From the NCBI GenBank assembly GCA_964016885.1, contig OZ024741.1, positions 337,776,001 to 337,840,000 of the forward strand: DNA of 64,000 nucleotides, read 5' to 3'. The stretch comes from Eledone cirrhosa. Lineage: Eukaryota. Below, piece after piece: positions 59,254 to 64,000 of this stretch. Both the position numbers and the translations under genes were made by a program. Every line of letters begins with the position of its first letter. Within the stretch, counting starts at the first letter, position 1. The notes below the pieces were generated by a model. It saw nothing but the letters and a program-made list of their open reading frames with translations. It did no database searches and was not told where the DNA came from.

Positions 59254-60998
59254 ACGCGTCCTCCGCTGTTTGTTGTTTTGAATATCTGAGGTATTCGGCA
59301 GAGCGCGCGTGCGCTTGAAATGGGGTCGGTCGGGCAGAGGTCAGCGGCCGAATGAACAGCTCCGAGGAGGTGTTGAAGCGCCTGCATCAAATGGATCCCG
59401 ACACCAGAAGGAATAACAGATATGCCTTCAGCCTTGATGTAGTCGCTCTCTACACCTCGGTCCCGGCACTCCCGGCCTTCAATATACTGATGGAACGCGT
59501 CCAATCCACCGACCTACACTGCTTCGGGCTCACCACCAGTGACATCCACCAACTCCTATCCATCGTCGTCGACAACACCTACTTCGGATTCCTTGACAAA
59601 CATACCAACAAACCTCGGGATTGCCCATGGGATCAAGCCTATCAGGTGTGCTAGCGATCTCTTACATGGACAACCTCGAACGCAAGGCACTCAACGCCTG
59701 CCACCCCAACGCCGTAGCCTTTTTCTCAAGGTACGTGGACGATATCCTCATCCTCACATCTTCCCAAGACACGGCGAACAGAATCTATGAGACGTTCAAC
59801 AACACGGACGAGAACATTGACTTCAGTGTTGAACACCCCAACGAAGACGGGTCACTTGCCCTCCTCGACTTCCGAATCAACATCACGGAACAGGGAAGGA
59901 TCCACTGCAACGTCTACCGAAAGGCAGCCTACAGGGACATGTTCGTTCACTACAAGTCCGCCCTCCCTAACAGTGCCAAAAGAGGATACATCACCAACGA
60001 GATCGCGCGAATCAAAAACAGATGCAGCGATCCCGCGAGTGGTGTCACTCATACCAAGCGATTCCTCGAGGTGCTGGAGACGAACGGGTACCCTACCTCG
60101 ATCACAGACAGAATAGGAGACACCAGACGCAAGAGACAGAGAAGCACCCAAGGCAAGTGCTTCCTTAAAATGCCACACCTGGGCGAGAATACCACCAACG
60201 CTATCCGCAAGGTTATACGGAGGGAGAGCCTCGACATCCACCTGGCCCACTCGGGCCCCTCCCTGCGAAGATGCCTCTCCAGGAAACCCGGGAAATCTAC
60301 TGACGCATGCTCCCTTAGAGACTGCCCGATACGCCATGCGAACTGTTGCCTACGCACATACGTCGTGTATAAGATAGAATGTGACAGGTGCAACCAATAC
60401 TACATAGGTAGAATAATCCGACCTTTGCACATCCGGATCAAGGAACACACTAAAACCAGGGCCTCGTCTTTCCGGAAACACATAGACAAATGCGGAAACA
60501 AAGACGGAAGGCCCATTGTCACAATTCTAGCGACTGAAAAAAACGTCGGCACGTTACGTATCATGGAAGCGCTTTTTATCAAACGACTGCAAGCGCAAAT
60601 AAACAACCGATCAGAGAGAAGCGAAATGAGATGGCTGGTTTAAGCTAACAAACGATGCAGCAACACACGCACACACACAAACGAGACAACTACACACACA
60701 CACGCACACACACACAGTAGCATTCCACCATACGAACATACTACACTGCCAATACAGAGGAACAAGGCAACAACACACGCACACACACGCACACACACAC
60801 ACACTCAAGCGAGACAACAACACACGCACACACACACACAGTAACATTTAAGAAACAGGCAGAGCATGGACTGACAGCTAGCGCCACCCCACTCCCTCAT
60901 TCGGCCGCTGACCTCTGCCCGACCGACCCCATTTCAAGCGCACGCGAGCTCTGCCGAATACCTCAGATATTCAAAACAACAAACAGCGGAGGACGCGT
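59254..60998 (+). mobile_element. Penelope-like element, RT plus GIY-YIG, 5'-truncated, with 102-bp inverted terminal repeats; possibly Naiad-like
   Basis: FSLDVVALYTSVP, PMGSSLS, SRYVDDIL, LALLDF, VVYKIECDRCNQYYIG..R.LH.RIKEH; one frameshift near 59600; 59254-59355 and 60897-60998 are inverted with 1 mismatch. Confidence 0.92.
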
Positions 60999-61027
60999 AT
61001 ATATATATATATATATGTAATTATATG

Positions 61028-61119
<92 letters not shown>

Positions 61120-61189
61120 TATATATAAATATATATATATATATGTATATATATATATTAATATGTATATATATGTATATATATATATA

Positions 61190-62165
61190 GGGGTTGTATT
61201 GATACAACCCCTAGAGGCGAACTAGCCTACAAATTTAGAAGGGCCCTAAAGAAACATAACCTCAATATTAAGATAGTAGAAAGACCTGGTACCTCCGTAA
61301 AAACACTTATTAGCAAGACATACCCGTTCCAAAGACCCTCATGTATAGATAAGAAATGTATAACCTGTAAAATAAGCCCCCATATTAACTGTAAAACTAG
61401 AAATGTAGTATATAGCATAAGATGTACTGAAGGACAATGTAGAAACAAAAATGTAGTGTACATAGGTGAGACAGCTCGTAGTATAGGGGAACGAATAAAT
61501 GAACACTGGCGAGACCTCCAAGATAATAAAGAATCATCTGTGCTCTACCAACATGCTAAGATAGAACACAGGGGTAAATTAGAGAGCATAGAAATAAAAA
61601 TAGAATCCACACACAAGAAAGACGCAATGTTTAGGCAAATTACAGAGGCAGTAAGCATAAAAGAATTAAAACCAAAATTAAATAGAAAATATGAGTGGAA
61701 CAGCAACATCACAACTTACAATTAAGGACAAAATGAAAACACACACACACATCGAACAAACAACTTACAATTGAAAACACACACAAAATGAAAACACACA
61801 CACACATAGAACAAACAACCAACCAACAATAAATAAATAAATAAACAAACAAATAAAAAAAAAATATAAATAGAAAAATAGAAAAATGAACACAAACACA
61901 CACAGACACCCGGATGTGGCGCATGCGCAAACTGAGCACGCAACCCACACACAAACAAAATGGCGTAGGATAGAAGAAAGGAAAGGCACAGAAACGAAGA
62001 AAGAAATCCCCAGTCACTGAAGAGGTCACAGAGTGTGTGACGAAAGAACTATGACTATATATATATAAACAACTATCTGGTTGTGGAACCAACCAACCAA
62101 CCAGAAATTTATAAATTTGTAAATTTATAAATATTTAATAAATTAAATTGAAGTGAAAGCAACTG
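61190..62165 (+). mobile_element. Penelope-like element of another family: GIY-YIG end, CA/A-rich 3'UTR, HHR
   Basis: NCKTRNVVYSIRC....C....VVYIGETARSIGERINEH...RQITEAVSI...PKLNRKYE; HHR at 62012. Confidence 0.85.
62012..62056 (+). ncRNA. Type I hammerhead ribozyme, slightly decayed
   Basis: agtca-CTGAAGA(62017)-g gtcaca gagtg tgtgac-GAAA-gaac-TA-tgact; 3' of GIY-YIG ORF 61456..61725. Confidence 0.75.
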
Positions 62166-62282
62166 GTGCGTGTGTTTCTTATTGGCAACATGACCCTCCC
62201 AAAGTATAACAATATCGGTTTCAACACACGATTTCAGATAAAGAATCTTGCTAAACAAATTCAGAAACGAAATATATATATA

Positions 62283-62325
<43 letters not shown>

Positions 62326-62356
62326 TTATATACTTATATACTTATATATATATATA

Positions 62357-62409
<53 letters not shown>

Positions 62410-63069
62410 AACGAAGGAAATGTGGTAAGGAACCCTGTGGAACATAATTCTGAGTCCAGAATTAGCCGTCGAAACGGCTTCAGCTCAGCCGTCGGGGTCC
62501 TACTCGTTCCCTTTTTGTCGATTCTATTAAATGATGAATAGCTCCTGTTTATTTTAACATGTCTATTGAGCACTCTTATTCGATATGTGATTTTCCACAT
62601 TCCCGAATATTTTTCGCGGATATAGAGGTTATCTCCCTTGCTGGATTCCATGTGCGTTTTCAGCTAGGGTTGGCTTTTTTATTCGTTTGGACAAAGCTCG
62701 TTGATAAAGTATTTCCTGTCCGCCGCTCTCTAGAAGTCTTATATATTTTTATGTGGGCTGATAGTGGGCGATTTAAGGATTTACAGAAACCCAAGAAGCT
62801 AGATTTACCATCTTTCTAGTGGGTCCGGGTAAGCTTTTTACATTCATATGATTTATTGATTTATTGATATTTTATCTGAGTGACCCGAATCTTCCTGATC
62901 GTAATTTTTCGGTCGTATGGTTGATTTTAGACATAATCTATGTGTGTTGGTATTTTAACGATAGTTATAGCTCTGATTTATCTGAATTATTGAGCCCTCT
63001 GCCACTCATGTCGAATTTTGTTTATCGTGAACTCGTGCGCCGATTTTTCGATACTCGATTATTCTACTA

Positions 63070-63401
<332 letters not shown>

Positions 63402-63416
63402 CATACATATATATAT

Positions 63417-63457
<41 letters not shown>

Positions 63458-63488
63458 TATATATACATACATATATATATATACATAC

Positions 63489-63549
<61 letters not shown>

Positions 63550-63550
63550 C

Positions 63551-63638
<88 letters not shown>

Positions 63639-63770
63639 GTGAGGTTTTTTTTACAAAATGAAAAATAACCGAGGTGTCCTACACGAGTGGAAGTATAAAG
63701 AAAAAGAAATGAAATCGAAAATGCAACTGAAGTCTTATTTTTTTTTTTAAATATATATATTTATTTGGTT

Positions 63771-63808
63771 CCTTTACCGGTTTCGCAGTTCTTCTGCTTT
63801 TCAAAAGG
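63771..63808 (-). ncRNA. Minimal hammerhead ribozyme, U3-A8 core variant
   Basis: cctt-TTGAAAA-gcag aagaa ctgc-GAAA-ccgg-TA-aagg; stems I and II perfect, stem III the palindrome ACCGGT. Confidence 0.75.
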
Positions 63809-63843
63809 TGAGTTGAGATGGAGGGTCTGTGGTTTTTCTACTG

Positions 63844-63917
<74 letters not shown>

Positions 63918-64000
63918 TACATATATACATATATATATATATACATATTGTTATATTTGGGGAGGGTCATATTTGTAATATTGCCAGAATTAATAACAGA

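Noticed and set aside
60644-60998. SECIS/selenoprotein possibility for the Naiad-like PLE
   Set aside because: No in-frame TGA in the retained ORFs and no ATGA/AA/GA SECIS pattern seen in the 3'UTR
62440-62495. Hairpins and GAAAcggc suggesting a hammerhead
   Set aside because: No core 5' strand or matching stem II partner

Overview
AT-rich, microsatellite- and transposon-dense animal DNA. The SINE/LINE repertoire and the one host gene suggest a cephalopod mollusc, probably an octopod (inference). The host gene is almost missed by the ORF track: 8 coding exons on the minus strand (25113 to 11429), with TATA box and Inr, giving a 378-aa secreted protein with a signal peptide, three chitin-binding type-2-like modules and a C-terminal laminin-G/ConA-like domain, i.e. 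a Pif/BMSP-like 'LamG3' protein without a VWA domain. The rest is mobile DNA: mariner, pogo, piggyBac-type MITEs, Helitron ends, RTE, Tx1/L1, R4/Dong, CR1, Ingi-like, a Gypsy element, many tRNA-derived SINEs and several Penelope-like element (PLE) families. The main hidden layer is RNA structure: about a dozen hand-folded hammerhead ribozyme (HHR) motifs or relics, mostly in PLE pseudo-LTRs. They include three U3-A8 compensatory-core variants and a canonical GUC hammerhead in sense orientation in intron 4 of the host gene. Also notable: an inverted MITE pair with TTAA ends enclosing the gene's promoter and signal-peptide exon, and an internally deleted RTE with a candidate HDV-like 5' fold. 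All folds and splice models were read by eye; TE boundaries are approximate unless termini are quoted.
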